This document shows, piece after piece, positions 24,828-35,663 of a stretch of 64,000 nt of DNA. A program made the translations under genes and the position numbers. Positions within the stretch are counted from its first letter, which is position 1; each line of letters begins with the position of its first letter. The DNA is taken from IMG/VR virus record IMGVR_UViG_3300039210_000244, positions 1 to 64,000 of that record; one strand, written 5' to 3'. The DNA is from a virus. The notes beneath the pieces are model-generated. The model searched no databases and was not told the origin of the DNA. It saw only the letters and a program-made list of their open reading frames with translations.

Positions 24828-27800
24828 TTAGGCGTATTCGGTGAGCGAAATCTGGCAGCGGTATTGCGCGCTAGCCCCTATGTTGGACGCGTCGCGGGTC
24901 CAGAGTTTTATATAGGCCGTGGTGGACGTGCTGGTGGCGCCGTCAACGGCGAGATAACGTCCGAGAACGTTGTCGTCGGATTCGACCTGAACCGATCCCA
25001 CGTCGGGATGCGCCGAGAAACCGCGATTGCTGATGTCGAGGGCGAAAATTTCGGACGCCGCGCCGCCGGTGAGCGGAGAAGTGACCATGTTCTCATCGTA
25101 CTTTGCGAGCACCTGGCGCACGCTCGATCCGCTGCCGGTCTTGACGCCGCTCATCGATACGTTCGCCGAACTTTGCTCGGACATCGATCCAGCCGCTAAC
25201 GCGAGAGTGAAATTTATCCAAATCCCCGTGTCCGTCCAATTGCCGCTGTCGGAATAATTCCCTGTGCGATCGCGTGTGCGAACCCACAGGCGCTGAGACG
25301 TAGTTGTGCCGCTGTAGAAAAAAACTTTCTCCGCAGTCCCATCTACAATCGTATCGGCCGAACTCGGCGGCGTTCCGGTGCTTCCGCTGATTCCAAATTC
25401 GTAATTAGCAACATCGCGATCCGCGCTTCTGGTGAACGTAACCGTCATTCCGTATATCTGAGTGGAGCCCCAATACTTGGCGGCAATCGGGTAGGAAGAG
25501 TCAGGCGCGTGACCTACAAAGCCGGTGGGGTTGGCCGGGCCGGACGATTTATTTGGCGCCGTGAAAGGCGAACCGGTAGCCAAAACAATTGCGCTCGGAG
25601 CAAGATCGAACGTGAACACCTGCACCGCCACCTCGTACGACATGTTGGGCGCGAGGTCGTCGATCGTGCTCGTGCGCGGCGTCGGATTCCGGTTGTTGTC
25701 CCATTGGTCAGCGACTATCCATCCGGTCGATCCGTTCTTCCGATACAGAACGTTCATGATGTACCCGCCGGTGGGCATTGCCGGGACGTTGATCACGAGG
25801 CGGGAAAGCGCGGTGCCGTCACCGGCGAGATACGCGCTCGACGTGTTGAGGGTAGGCGCAGCCGGGTCTGTCGGCGGCGTCGTTTCGACGTAACCTTGGA
25901 GCAAGATCCACGTGTAGCTTCCGACCAACGTGCTCGGCGTCGCGCTATTGCTGGAGTACGTGCCGATGTACTTACCAACGACATCCCCTCCGGAGGCCGT
26001 GAACGTCGCGCCGCCGTCATTCGAGAACTTGAAATAAAAGTAAGCGTTGTCCCCAGGCGTGCCATCGTCACCGATGATCTTCATCGCCGCCGTGAACGTG
26101 CCGGTGGTGCCGACTTTTTGATGCTGGTAAAGATCGCCAACGGTGAACGTCGAATGCCACGAGGCACCATCCACGGAATACTCAATGATTACGTCGTTTC
26201 CGGCTACTCCGTCATAGCCTTCGCGGACTTTGACGATCGAGATATAATCTTCCACGCCGTCCCAAACGACTTTCACGGTGATCGCCTCGCTCAGCATGGA
26301 TGAGACATCGACCGCACACGTGGTGCCTGTGACGGTCAGAGTCGCGCTGCCTGACGTGACGCTGAAGGTCGGCGAGCCCGCGAGATTCTGGCCGGTCGCC
26401 GTAAAGTTGATTGTCGCCGGAACCGGCGTCGTCGGCGCGGCCTTCGCGTATTGGACGGTCTGAGTGTCCGAGGTGAGCACAACCAACTTGGCGTTCGTGC
26501 CGCCGGTGCCGGCTTTTGACTTCGTGATCGTGAACCGCCGTACAATTGAATCGTAGCCAGTCCGCGCCGCGGTGATGTCCACGTATCCAACGTCCGCCGA
26601 CAGCGCCGAAACGGTCACAACGCGGCCAACCAGCGCCGACGTGCAGTCCGTGTCCGCTTTCGTGACGGTCCAATCTGCCGACGAATCAACCACGCCCTCA
26701 TAAATCTTGATCTCCGTCGAGGCGCCCGCAAACGACGACACCACGCCGGCAGAGTCTGCGGGAACAAGGTGAGCCTCGTTCGTCAGGATCGCATTCGGGC
26801 CACCGACGCCGCGTGGCGTGATTGCGGCGGAATTGCTTTTCTCTCCGATCAATTCGCCAGCCGACACCCCGGAGATCCAATACCAATATGGCACGTCAAC
26901 ATCGACCGTCACATCAACGAACCGCGGGTAAGCCTGCTCCGCGATCTCGGTCGATGCAGCCGGATCGCTCGTGGTGCCTCGGAAAATCTTGTATTCAACC
27001 GCGCCCGGGATCGCGGTCCACGTGAGGCCAATCGCTTTGCCGGTGCCAGCAATCGCCGCGAGGTCGGTCGCCGCGGCCGGAGTCGCGTCCGGTACGACAA
27101 CCGTAATCTGCGGAACGTACGCGGCGCTCGTTTGAGGGTAGAATTCCGCAAGCGTTACGGCATCAGCCACGCGGCGAACGTGCTCCGCATACGCAGTGTC
27201 GGGATCGTACAGCCCCGCGTTGCCGAACGGGATCATCCGGAAGTAGCTCGGATCTAGCGCAACGTTCGGTGCCTCAAAATCTGGGTGCCAAAGGAAAGAG
27301 ACATTTTCGATCGGCGCGCACCAAACCTCATACGTCGCCCACGAATCAGGGAACGAACCGGCCGAAAATTCCGCCGCAACCGTGTTCCTACGAGCGCGAA
27401 GCACAGGCACATCGAAAGTGTCGGTCGCAACCGCGCTCACCGGGCCGGCCACCGACAGGAATTCAACCCAAGGTTTCCCGTCCGGCTTCGCGACGATGTT
27501 ACCGCCACCGTCTTTTTTAATTAGACAAATGACCATCGAATCCATCGCGGCCTCGCCAGCGCCGCCGTTCCAGTTCGTCAGATAGGTCGAATCACGCCGC
27601 GGGTCCACGCCGTTTGAGCCCGTGAGCAACGACACGCGCAGGGTCGTGGCAACGTTCGAGAACGCGGCAACGAGATTGAGCGGCAAGGCAAACGCCGGCT
27701 GCCGACCAATCTCCGCGTAGTCGCCAGCGACGGTCTTGCAGTATTGGACGATGTACCAAAAGGCCATGTCCGCAGGCCGTGCGGCAAAAGCAACAACACT

Positions 27801-29075
27801 CGGGCTGTCGCCAGTAACGTCCGAATCGAGTGAGACAATCCGAGAATAATTGACCGGCGGAGTCGCATCATCCGCGACATTGATGACCGGAGTCGGCACG
27901 ACCACCTGCACGGCGCCGTTCGTTTCAAGCTCACCGGTGATTGTGATCGGACCCGTTTTGTCGAACGATCGACGCAAAATGAAAAAAAGTCGGATGTCTG
28001 ACGCCTCACCCTGTTCCTCGACCGGGAAGGTGAAGTAGTCGCCGGGACGTAGTTTTGTCCCGTCGGAATTCACCGCTTTCCCGCGTTTGACTTCGAGTTC
28101 GAGCGTGGTTTTTGGATACGCCGCCGCGCGCAGGAGATCCGCACCGTGCGCAAAAACTTGAGCCTCGTGGGTGAGCAGCTGGCGCGACGCCGTTTTGCGC
28201 CGCACGATCCCCGTGGATCGGACGGAAGCGGTATTGTCCACCGTTCGAGCGTCGCCCTTGTGGTGTTTGTCGGCGTTTCGGAATTCGATCGAGAACGAGT
28301 TCGGTAGCGCCGAGGCGTCTTCCGTTTCAAAATGGGCTGAGTCAACGTCGTCATGAGTGAGAGCGGTAGCGCCTGCCACGACCCCTGTCCGTATGCGTCG
28401 GCCAGCCTCGATTCGACCATCCGCACCCATTCGTAGCCACGCATTGGAGACGCTTGAGAGATCGGCGAGCGCCGACTTCATGTTCGTCTTCTCATTCCAG
28501 AATGGAGCAACCGATGACGAGATTCGGTTCGTTCCTGCAACCGTCTCGGCAGCGAGGTCATTGCTCAATGTCACGAACGACGCTGCGTTCAACTTGTCGG
28601 ACGGCAGTCCACCGAAATTCCACGAGGTAAGGATCTCAGCCGCTACCGCCGCGGGATTACATGTGTCGTTGCCGTCAATCTGCTCCGTACCGTTGCTGAT
28701 TATCAGCTGATTTGGCGCGCGGCTCCAACACACCTCGATCGTCGGCGCGGCGGTCTCGCCACTTACGCCAAAGGAGCAATCCACCAAAACAAGATACACC
28801 CACCCACGGTACGCAGGCTGGAGTTTGAACGACGCGAGCACGCTGTCGGCCGCCTGCGTTTCCGTGCCCCAGTAGAAATATGCCGGCCCAACTCCGGTCA
28901 GAAAAATTGCCGAATAGTCAGCGCCTACTGGTTTACTGAGCGGTCCAGACCAAACGGTTTTACCTCCGAAAACGATCCATTCTAGGCTATACGCCGGCCC
29001 CTCGCCAAGCGCGCCTGCGAGGGTGCCGTGGTACTCGTTGGTCGTGCTCGCCCCGCCTTTTGATCCGGAACTCAT
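24828..29075 (-). CDS. Tail tip / central fibre (host-specificity) protein with FN3/Ig-like domains
   Basis: 1415 aa, GTETQAAD...PAYRG, NPA motif, FN3-like repeats; follows NlpC/P60. Confidence 0.8.
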   Translation of the reverse strand: MSSGSKGGASTTNEYHGTLAGALGEGPAYSLEWIVFGGKTVWSGPLSKPVGADYSAIFLTGVGPAYFYWGTETQAADSVLASFKLQPAYRGWVYLVLVDCSFGVSGETAAPTIEVCWSRAPNQLIISNGTEQIDGNDTCNPAAVAAEILTSWNFGGLPSDKLNAASFVTLSNDLAAETVAGTNRISSSVAPFWNEKTNMKSALADLSSVSNAWLRMGADGRIEAGRRIRTGVVAGATALTHDDVDSAHFETEDASALPNSFSIEFRNADKHHKGDARTVDNTASVRSTGIVRRKTASRQLLTHEAQVFAHGADLLRAAAYPKTTLELEVKRGKAVNSDGTKLRPGDYFTFPVEEQGEASDIRLFFILRRSFDKTGPITITGELETNGAVQVVVPTPVINVADDATPPVNYSRIVSLDSDVTGDSPSVVAFAARPADMAFWYIVQYCKTVAGDYAEIGRQPAFALPLNLVAAFSNVATTLRVSLLTGSNGVDPRRDSTYLTNWNGGAGEAAMDSMVICLIKKDGGGNIVAKPDGKPWVEFLSVAGPVSAVATDTFDVPVLRARRNTVAAEFSAGSFPDSWATYEVWCAPIENVSFLWHPDFEAPNVALDPSYFRMIPFGNAGLYDPDTAYAEHVRRVADAVTLAEFYPQTSAAYVPQITVVVPDATPAAATDLAAIAGTGKAIGLTWTAIPGAVEYKIFRGTTSDPAASTEIAEQAYPRFVDVTVDVDVPYWYWISGVSAGELIGEKSNSAAITPRGVGGPNAILTNEAHLVPADSAGVVSSFAGASTEIKIYEGVVDSSADWTVTKADTDCTSALVGRVVTVSALSADVGYVDITAARTGYDSIVRRFTITKSKAGTGGTNAKLVVLTSDTQTVQYAKAAPTTPVPATINFTATGQNLAGSPTFSVTSGSATLTVTGTTCAVDVSSMLSEAITVKVVWDGVEDYISIVKVREGYDGVAGNDVIIEYSVDGASWHSTFTVGDLYQHQKVGTTGTFTAAMKIIGDDGTPGDNAYFYFKFSNDGGATFTASGGDVVGKYIGTYSSNSATPSTLVGSYTWILLQGYVETTPPTDPAAPTLNTSSAYLAGDGTALSRLVINVPAMPTGGYIMNVLYRKNGSTGWIVADQWDNNRNPTPRTSTIDDLAPNMSYEVAVQVFTFDLAPSAIVLATGSPFTAPNKSSGPANPTGFVGHAPDSSYPIAAKYWGSTQIYGMTVTFTRSADRDVANYEFGISGSTGTPPSSADTIVDGTAEKVFFYSGTTTSQRLWVRTRDRTGNYSDSGNWTDTGIWINFTLALAAGSMSEQSSANVSMSGVKTGSGSSVRQVLAKYDENMVTSPLTGGAASEIFALDISNRGFSAHPDVGSVQVESDDNVLGRYLAVDGATSTSTTAYIKLWTRDASNIGASAQYRCQISLTEYA

Positions 29076-29272
29076 TTCTTTCCCCCAGACTGTGCCGGCA
29101 CCTTAACCACGCGCTGACCGTAGATTGGCGTGAGCCAGCGGATCGTCGTCTTGATTGTCCCCATTCCGAGCGGGATCGCCTGCGCCGCACGAGCGGACGA
29201 CAGCGACTCGTCCTCCGCCTTGAATTCGTCGGTCGTGTTCGGTTCTGCGGCTTGGTCTGTCCTTGCGCCCAT
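29072..29272 (-). CDS. Small tail tip assembly protein
   Basis: IPLGMGT...W...SGGKK; position between NlpC/P60 and tip protein. Confidence 0.6.
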   Translation of the reverse strand: MGARTDQAAEPNTTDEFKAEDESLSSARAAQAIPLGMGTIKTTIRWLTPIYGQRVVKVPAQSGGKK

Positions 29273-29276
29273 TTGA

Positions 29277-29720
29277 TTATTTGATTGGACGCCATGCGCG
29301 GCGTAGTCGTTTCAATAGCTGCTTCTCCCTGAATGACGCGACGTGCACGCCGCCCTTCTGCCAGCTGTGCACCATTTCGTTCGCATCGAGCGCAAGCCCG
29401 ATGTGTCCGATGCCGGCATAGAAAAGTAGAACGTCGCCCGCGCTGATCCCGGTCAAATTTATCGGGTAAAAAAATGCAGGATGATCATCGAGCACATGGG
29501 CGATCCGCTCCAACGACTCGGATTTCGACACGTCGGCGCGATCAAACGGCTCCGGCCCTTCGTGGCCGAACTTCTGCAAGATCGCAAATGGCAGCCCGCC
29601 GCAACTGGCACCCGTGCCCTTCATTGGAACCCCGTTCCCAACCCACGGCGTACCGAACCATGACATCGCTTCGGCGCGAAGGGCGATCGCGTCTGCAGCC
29701 GTTGAAATCACGGGGATCAT
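29277..29720 (-). CDS. NlpC/P60 tail-associated peptidase
   Basis: EAMSWFGTPW...KGTGASC...GDVLLF...HIGL...MVHS. Confidence 0.85.
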   Translation of the reverse strand: MIPVISTAADAIALRAEAMSWFGTPWVGNGVPMKGTGASCGGLPFAILQKFGHEGPEPFDRADVSKSESLERIAHVLDDHPAFFYPINLTGISAGDVLLFYAGIGHIGLALDANEMVHSWQKGGVHVASFREKQLLKRLRRAWRPIK

Positions 29721-31510
29721 TTCTTCCCTCCGGTGTTTGTCTTCGCAGCGATCATGGTCGGATCAGCCTTCGGCATTTCCGGTGCTCCCCGGAAATTGTC
29801 GTAGTTGCTGTGCGCTTGACACGCTTCGGGAGTGCCGAGGCACCCGGGGACCAAGACCCAGCCCGGTTCAACCGCGGTCGGAGCGGGCGTAACTGGAGCG
29901 GCGAATATACACGAAAGATTTCCGTCCGGCAGATTCACAGAATCGACAATCGGATAGACCTGCGTTTCTCCGCCAATCACGCGTTCAGCATAGCCGTTCG
30001 CAAACCAATGATCAGGCAAGGCCGACGGACCGAATTCCGCTACGCCGGCGGTGATGCCGGCCAGCGCATGCGTGACCTGCACGTCCGCTTTCAATTTCGT
30101 GCACTTGGCATCGCAGAACACGGCTGCGCAATTCGGCGACAACGAGTAGCGCGGACCTTCGATGTCTAGCATCGAGCCGAGACCTTTCAGCTTCATCGTC
30201 AGGATCGGACCATCCCCCTTCGGGGCAACGGCCTTGCCCGTGTAGATCAGCTCGGCTGCGGTTGGGTTGTCTGCCGTCCCCTCGTAAATTTTAACTTCGA
30301 GAGGTATTGCGGCCGGCCGGTTGCGGAGCCTCGTAAATGGCGACCCCGCCCAATTTGCGACGGTCAAATCACAATCGTTGATCTGGAGGTTGATCTCCTC
30401 CGTGATCGTCCCGTGCTCGATCCCGCGGTGCTCGTACGTACCTCCCGGTCCCTCCCCACCAACTTCGTACGGTGTGAAGCGCCAAGTCGTATAACCGTCG
30501 CTCACGACATATCCGAACCACGGTCCGGGCACGCCGCCGATCGTCACGCCCGGAGTCTCGCCGGTCAGGACGAGGGTCTCTGTCGGCAGCTTGATAAACT
30601 CGATCTGACCGCTCACGCATTCGCCCGCGATCGCCGGAAGCTCCCAGTTCAACGTCAACGCGTCGCCGTAGAACCGGCCGACGTTGTAAACCGCTGAATC
30701 GTTGTTCGACGGGCAGCGCCACGCGCCCACCGTGCCACACCGGTCTCGGAACAGGGTCAGCAGATAACACGTCTCCGACAGATCCATCGCCTTGAAGTTG
30801 ATCGTCTGCTTACCGCGCGGAATCTGGGAATAGTATTCGTCGGCGTCCTCGCGACCGAAGCCGACCTTGGACCGCTTGATCCGCACATCATATTTTTCAG
30901 AGTTCGCGCCCCACGTGAACGGAACCGTCAGGGTTGGAACCGTCACCGTGCGCACGACCGATGTCGTCAACGCGACGACGTTCGGACGGAGCGCATTTGC
31001 GGCTGATCCATTCTCAATCACCTCGAACGAAACGACGTGATCGCCCTGGCCGTTAATCGTTATCAGCTCCGGGAATTGCGCGTCGAACCGCCCCCACAGG
31101 ACCGGAGCAACCATGCACAGCGACGACGGAACGAACGTGGACGGTCCCGCACCGGTTCCAATTTCATAAGTGGCAAAATCCGCCTCGAACCAAATCTTCA
31201 GCGCGCCAACGACGCTCGCTTCTTTGCCTCCAGAAAGGAGTGTCACCGCCGGCCAGAAGGGAGTGAGTACCGGACGATTGTCCCACGCGTCGAGCGATGC
31301 CGTCAGCACACCGTATTCGCCGGCGGTAAGCAGTCCGGTGAATTTGAAGGACGTAGTGGTTTCAACCGCCAACGGGAACCGCTCTTCACGATTCGTTTTG
31401 CCAGTGTTGCGCGTCGCCTTCGCCAAGATTTTTGCTGCGATCGGCTTCGACCAATCGTGCAGGTGGGGGATCAGAAATACGGCCTGGCCGAGATATGTCG
31501 TGGAGATCAT
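29717..31510 (-). CDS. Distal tail / baseplate hub protein (DUF2163/BR0599-like C-terminus)
   Basis: C-terminal CAAVFCDAKC...PGC...C...NFRGAPEMP cysteine pattern; follows tape measure. Confidence 0.75.
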   Translation of the reverse strand: MISTTYLGQAVFLIPHLHDWSKPIAAKILAKATRNTGKTNREERFPLAVETTTSFKFTGLLTAGEYGVLTASLDAWDNRPVLTPFWPAVTLLSGGKEASVVGALKIWFEADFATYEIGTGAGPSTFVPSSLCMVAPVLWGRFDAQFPELITINGQGDHVVSFEVIENGSAANALRPNVVALTTSVVRTVTVPTLTVPFTWGANSEKYDVRIKRSKVGFGREDADEYYSQIPRGKQTINFKAMDLSETCYLLTLFRDRCGTVGAWRCPSNNDSAVYNVGRFYGDALTLNWELPAIAGECVSGQIEFIKLPTETLVLTGETPGVTIGGVPGPWFGYVVSDGYTTWRFTPYEVGGEGPGGTYEHRGIEHGTITEEINLQINDCDLTVANWAGSPFTRLRNRPAAIPLEVKIYEGTADNPTAAELIYTGKAVAPKGDGPILTMKLKGLGSMLDIEGPRYSLSPNCAAVFCDAKCTKLKADVQVTHALAGITAGVAEFGPSALPDHWFANGYAERVIGGETQVYPIVDSVNLPDGNLSCIFAAPVTPAPTAVEPGWVLVPGCLGTPEACQAHSNYDNFRGAPEMPKADPTMIAAKTNTGGKK

Positions 31511-34500
31511 GCGAGTTCGTACTGCACGCCTTTGATGTAATCGTTCATGAAGCGCCGGCCCGGCATCGTCTGAAGCCATTGCTCTGCCGACTGCTCGTTT
31601 CCGAAGTGCGCGACGTTCACGGTCTGGCCACTGCCGGACGAACCGGTGACAACCCCGCTCGCGCCGCCAGTGGTTGATTTGAGCGCGCCGCCAGCTGCGG
31701 CGGAACCTCCACTCTGCACGTAAACGTCAGCCTGCGCCGCGCGCTGCGCGTCAGTCCGCGTGTCGGAAACAGTTCCGGTCTGCGACTGCGGTCCGCGATA
31801 GATACTCACGAGTTTGTCGTCGATGCCGGTAAACAGCATCTTGCCGAGCCAGCCGCCGGTTTTGAAACCGGGGATCTTCTTCCCCAGCCGAGCCGCTTCG
31901 TTGAGCCCCATAAGCCAGCGGTATTTCGGATTCTGCGCGACCTCCGCGGTCTGCACGTATTCGCCGTTCGACAACCGCGCGTCGATCTTGTCGTCCTTGG
32001 GACCGCCCGGACCGACCACGGCACCGCCGCCATCGGCGTAGTTGACCGGGCCACCATCACGGAAATTCTTTTTCATCACCGCCGCGCCCGCCGCGATGAT
32101 CGCCGCCAGCGCCGCGATGGCGAGGAATGGCCCAACGTACGGAATGCTCGCGACGGCGGTCATGCCTTTGATGCCGGCCTGAATCAGCGAAGATCCGCTC
32201 TCAGCGTTCGACGCAGCGATACGTGAGGTGGCGCCGCCGACCGTCACCGCTGTTTTCGTTCCCTCGGTAGCGATCGTGCCCACAACTTCCTTCGTGCGGA
32301 AGATCGCCGAGACCGCGGCCATCAATGTGTGTTTGATGACCCATTGAGCGGCCATGTCGGAAATCGATTTCACAACCGTCTTGGCGATCCCAAGGAAAAC
32401 GCCGTTGACCGCTTGGCCGACGGTCATCGTCTTGTTGAGCAAACCCTCGATGCTCCCGGACACGGAATTGATCGCACTGCCCATCACGTCTGCAATTGAG
32501 CTTCCGATGGTTTTGAATCCGTTCTGCAGCTGAGTCATGGACGCGGTGACGGATTGGGAGAGATTGTTTGGATTCGGCCCGGCGTTAGCGGCATCGCCCT
32601 GCGCCCGTCCAAGATCGCGGCTCGCGCCAGCCACGTTCGTGTCTCCGATCGCGATCGCTTCGGGCGAGACGGCATGGCTCCGAATATCCTGCATCTGCTT
32701 CAGGTATTCCTTCGCCGCTACCACGGAGTCATCGAGCGCCTGCTTTCGCGCGTTCCATTTCTCCGCATCGGTGTGCGTGAAATCGGCATCGATATTCGCG
32801 AGCCGGAGCTGGATTTCATCCTGCTTATTCTCCAGAGCCAGCTTCTGCACGTCGATTTGTGCACGGGTCGCCTTCAACTCCGCCTCTTCCACTTTCTTGG
32901 CAGCGGCAATCTGATCGTCCGCGGCTTTTTTCTTTTCGTCGGCGATTTTGGTGTCCAGCGCGCCCTGCTTCGCGCCGATCTCCAGTTTCGTCTCCTGCAA
33001 TTTAAGGCCCGCTGCCTCAATGGCATTGTCGTCGCCGACGAGGCGCGCGGCTGCTAGATCGATTTTATAGATCTCCTCCGCCTTCGCCTTTTCGGCGTCG
33101 ATCATCACCTGTTTCTTCTGATTGTCGGCAAGGGTATATTGCGCGGTCTCGATCTGATTGGCGTAGGCGTCCTTCTGCTTGTCGAGTTCGGCTGTCGTTT
33201 CCTTGGCCTTGTCCAGCGCCGCGGTTTCGGCCGCTGCTTGTTTCTCTTTTTCTCCACGCGCCGCCGCTTCGACCTTTAGCCGGGCAGTGACCTTTTCCTT
33301 CAGCTGTGTTTCGAGATTCGAAATCTCCTGATTGTAGGCGACGACCTGTTTGCGCTCGTTGTCGCCGAAGGTGTCGGTTTTTCCTACCGTCACAGTCCCG
33401 CCGCCCATGTTAGTCCCCACAACCTGATCTTTGTAGCGGCCCTTCATCAGCGCGTCGCGTTTTGCGATTAGATCATCAATCTCTTTTCGCGCCGCATCGT
33501 TGGCGGTATCCACCCCACCAGCACTCGTCGCCGTCTTGGCAGCATTTCTGATCTGATTCCCCTTCCCGTAGATTTCCGCGAGCTTGGTGTCGGCCTCCTC
33601 AATACCCTTCAAGACCGAATCGCGTATCGAGGCGATAATGATCGCGCCAAGTGCAACGGTCAGCGCCGCCCCCATGGGTGAAAAAAGAGCCGAACTGATC
33701 GACTTCCCAACGCTCGCCCAATTCCAACTAATCATACCCATCGACCATTTTGCCGCGAATCCCCTACCGAGAGGAACGGCGAGACCCGGCATGATCGACA
33801 ACATTTTGGACAACCCGGAGAACGCACCAAAGCCGACCGCAGCCGTCGTCAGTCCTTCTCCGATCGCGCTGATTGCAGCACCATAGTCGGCGAGAAAACG
33901 GGTAATGTCCGCCTTCCACTCCAAAAGGCGAAGGTTCATCGGAGCGAAGGCGATGGAGAGACGATTGGACGCGTGTTCACCCGCGAAAGCCGTCTCCACG
34001 AGCGCGTCTGACATCTCCTTCGAGAGAATTCCGGCGGTCTTCTGCACACTCTTCGACATCGCATCAAATCCCTGCTCATTGAGTGTCTTCAACACATCCA
34101 GCATCGGTCCCGCAAAGCGCCCGAAGAGTGTCATCGACAAACGCGCTTTTTCGTTCTCGCTAGAGATCTTCGAGAACGATCTCGCGAGCTCTTCGAGCTG
34201 TTGCTGCATCGGCAGCGCGTCAAGCGCCTTGGGGTCGAGACCCAATTGTGATCCAAACATCGCCGCTTGCGGTCCCTTCGGATCAATCAGCGCCGCGCCG
34301 AGCGCCGCACGATACTGCTGGAGGTGCATCGCCAGCTCCGAAAACGCCATCTTGCCACCGGCCGCCAAGACCTGCGTCGCATCGCCCGCAAGGCCGGTGG
34401 CACGCGTCACCCGCCACATCTCATCCGCCAACCGACTCGATCCGTTGACCGCCTCCCCGATCTTCTCGGTGATCGCCTGAATCCCGATGGTCGCGATACC

Positions 34501-34683
34501 GAAGGCGGCGCCAAACTCCAGGAGACTATGGCCAGTCTCGGTCAGCTTTGAGTCGAGTTTGGAAACCTCCTCGGTGGTGCCCTTGACTTCTTGTTTGGCC
34601 GTTACAAATCCTTTGGCCATATCTGTCAATCCGGCGAGGTCCGCCTGAATTTTCAGCAGGATAGAGGTGGATGTATCGGGCAT
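31507..34683 (-). CDS. Tail tape measure protein
   Basis: >1000 aa, Ala-rich helical; C-terminal GPGGPKDDKIDARLSNGEYV. Confidence 0.9.
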   Translation of the reverse strand: MPDTSTSILLKIQADLAGLTDMAKGFVTAKQEVKGTTEEVSKLDSKLTETGHSLLEFGAAFGIATIGIQAITEKIGEAVNGSSRLADEMWRVTRATGLAGDATQVLAAGGKMAFSELAMHLQQYRAALGAALIDPKGPQAAMFGSQLGLDPKALDALPMQQQLEELARSFSKISSENEKARLSMTLFGRFAGPMLDVLKTLNEQGFDAMSKSVQKTAGILSKEMSDALVETAFAGEHASNRLSIAFAPMNLRLLEWKADITRFLADYGAAISAIGEGLTTAAVGFGAFSGLSKMLSIMPGLAVPLGRGFAAKWSMGMISWNWASVGKSISSALFSPMGAALTVALGAIIIASIRDSVLKGIEEADTKLAEIYGKGNQIRNAAKTATSAGGVDTANDAARKEIDDLIAKRDALMKGRYKDQVVGTNMGGGTVTVGKTDTFGDNERKQVVAYNQEISNLETQLKEKVTARLKVEAAARGEKEKQAAAETAALDKAKETTAELDKQKDAYANQIETAQYTLADNQKKQVMIDAEKAKAEEIYKIDLAAARLVGDDNAIEAAGLKLQETKLEIGAKQGALDTKIADEKKKAADDQIAAAKKVEEAELKATRAQIDVQKLALENKQDEIQLRLANIDADFTHTDAEKWNARKQALDDSVVAAKEYLKQMQDIRSHAVSPEAIAIGDTNVAGASRDLGRAQGDAANAGPNPNNLSQSVTASMTQLQNGFKTIGSSIADVMGSAINSVSGSIEGLLNKTMTVGQAVNGVFLGIAKTVVKSISDMAAQWVIKHTLMAAVSAIFRTKEVVGTIATEGTKTAVTVGGATSRIAASNAESGSSLIQAGIKGMTAVASIPYVGPFLAIAALAAIIAAGAAVMKKNFRDGGPVNYADGGGAVVGPGGPKDDKIDARLSNGEYVQTAEVAQNPKYRWLMGLNEAARLGKKIPGFKTGGWLGKMLFTGIDDKLVSIYRGPQSQTGTVSDTRTDAQRAAQADVYVQSGGSAAAGGALKSTTGGASGVVTGSSGSGQTVNVAHFGNEQSAEQWLQTMPGRRFMNDYIKGVQYELA

Positions 34684-34802
34684 AACGCACCGCACGGAAT
34701 CCCAGCGAGCCCGTCAAATTTTACCTCCTAAAAATATACTTTCGAAAGCCGTCTGCGCGCTTTGCGACTTGTCCGCGTAGGTTTAACCGGCTACCAGCGG
34801 AA

Positions 34803-35279
34803 ATGACTCGCCACATTTTCGTATCAGTTTTGGCACTCGCATCGCTGTTTTTGGCGGGCTGCAAGCAGAGCGACAAATTCAAGACCCATGCAGAGACATG
34901 GCTGATCCACTCCGAAGGAGCACCCAACAGCCTGAATCTGCGGCTGCTGCAGGCAGCACAATTCATCAAGCCCGATGAACTGTTGAGCAAGGACGAGATC
35001 GCACGGATATGGGCCGTGATCGATGAATCGACCGGAAACCAATGGCTGGCGACCTCAGCCACCCAGATCCGAGCTTCTTTCAATCAGATTGGTCAGCCGC
35101 CATCGGAGTTTCGTGATACCTACGCTGACATGCAGCAGTTCACGCGGCTAATCGAAGAGGCCGTAGTTTACGAAATGAACCACAGGGACGATCCGCGGGA
35201 AGTCTATGCGACCGTCAAGCCGATGACAGACCGAGCAGAACAGTTACTTGCCGTGATCCGTCTCCGGCTTGGGAAGTGA
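34803..35279 (+). CDS. Lipoprotein on the opposite strand (moron-like)
   Basis: Lipobox LAGC; inserted between tail chaperones and tape measure. Confidence 0.7.
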   Translation: MTRHIFVSVLALASLFLAGCKQSDKFKTHAETWLIHSEGAPNSLNLRLLQAAQFIKPDELLSKDEIARIWAVIDESTGNQWLATSATQIRASFNQIGQPPSEFRDTYADMQQFTRLIEEAVVYEMNHRDDPREVYATVKPMTDRAEQLLAVIRLRLGK

Positions 35280-35663
35280 CGGCGGCACCGCCGGGCGCGG
35301 GGTTTCCGCTACGAGCGCGAGCAGCTTCGAGAACAGGCTGTTCTTTTTCTTCTCGGCCGGGGTCAGCGGACGAATGATCGCTTTCAGCGCGGAGGCGCAA
35401 CGGTCAAACGCACTTCCACCTTTCTCGCCGACAAGCAGCGGAGCAACCGCAGCGTGAACCGTGTCGAGATTCTGCAACGCGAGCGCAGCGTCCCGGCGAT
35501 CACAGCCGGCCAACGCCACGCGGATTTGGGGCACGGACATTTCTCGCACCTCGAACCAAGTACCTACGCCCCTAGCTACGGCGTCGCCAAGGAATTCGTC
35601 AAGGCGGACACTTCTTGCGAGCTGATCGCCATCGGCTTCACGCCCTGTAGTGTCTTCTTTTGG
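35244..35663 (-). CDS. Tail assembly chaperone, gpT-like part (probably reached by -1 frameshift)
   Basis: Frame open from ~35690, overlapping the gpG-like ORF; C-CAA-AAG at 35663-35657. Confidence 0.55.
   Translation of the reverse strand, partial: PKEDTTGREADGDQLARSVRLDEFLGDAVARGVGTWFEVREMSVPQIRVALAGCDRRDAALALQNLDTVHAAVAPLLVGEKGGSAFDRCASALKAIIRPLTPAEKKKNSLFSKLLALVAETPRPAVPPSLPKPETDHGK

Noticed and set aside
24052-24831. 259 aa plus-strand ORF
   Set aside because: Overlaps a tail gene antisense and a strong hairpin; Arg-rich composition is not protein-like.
24828-29075. Diversity-generating retroelement or invertase tail-switching system
   Set aside because: No reverse transcriptase, invertase or template/variable repeat pair was seen.
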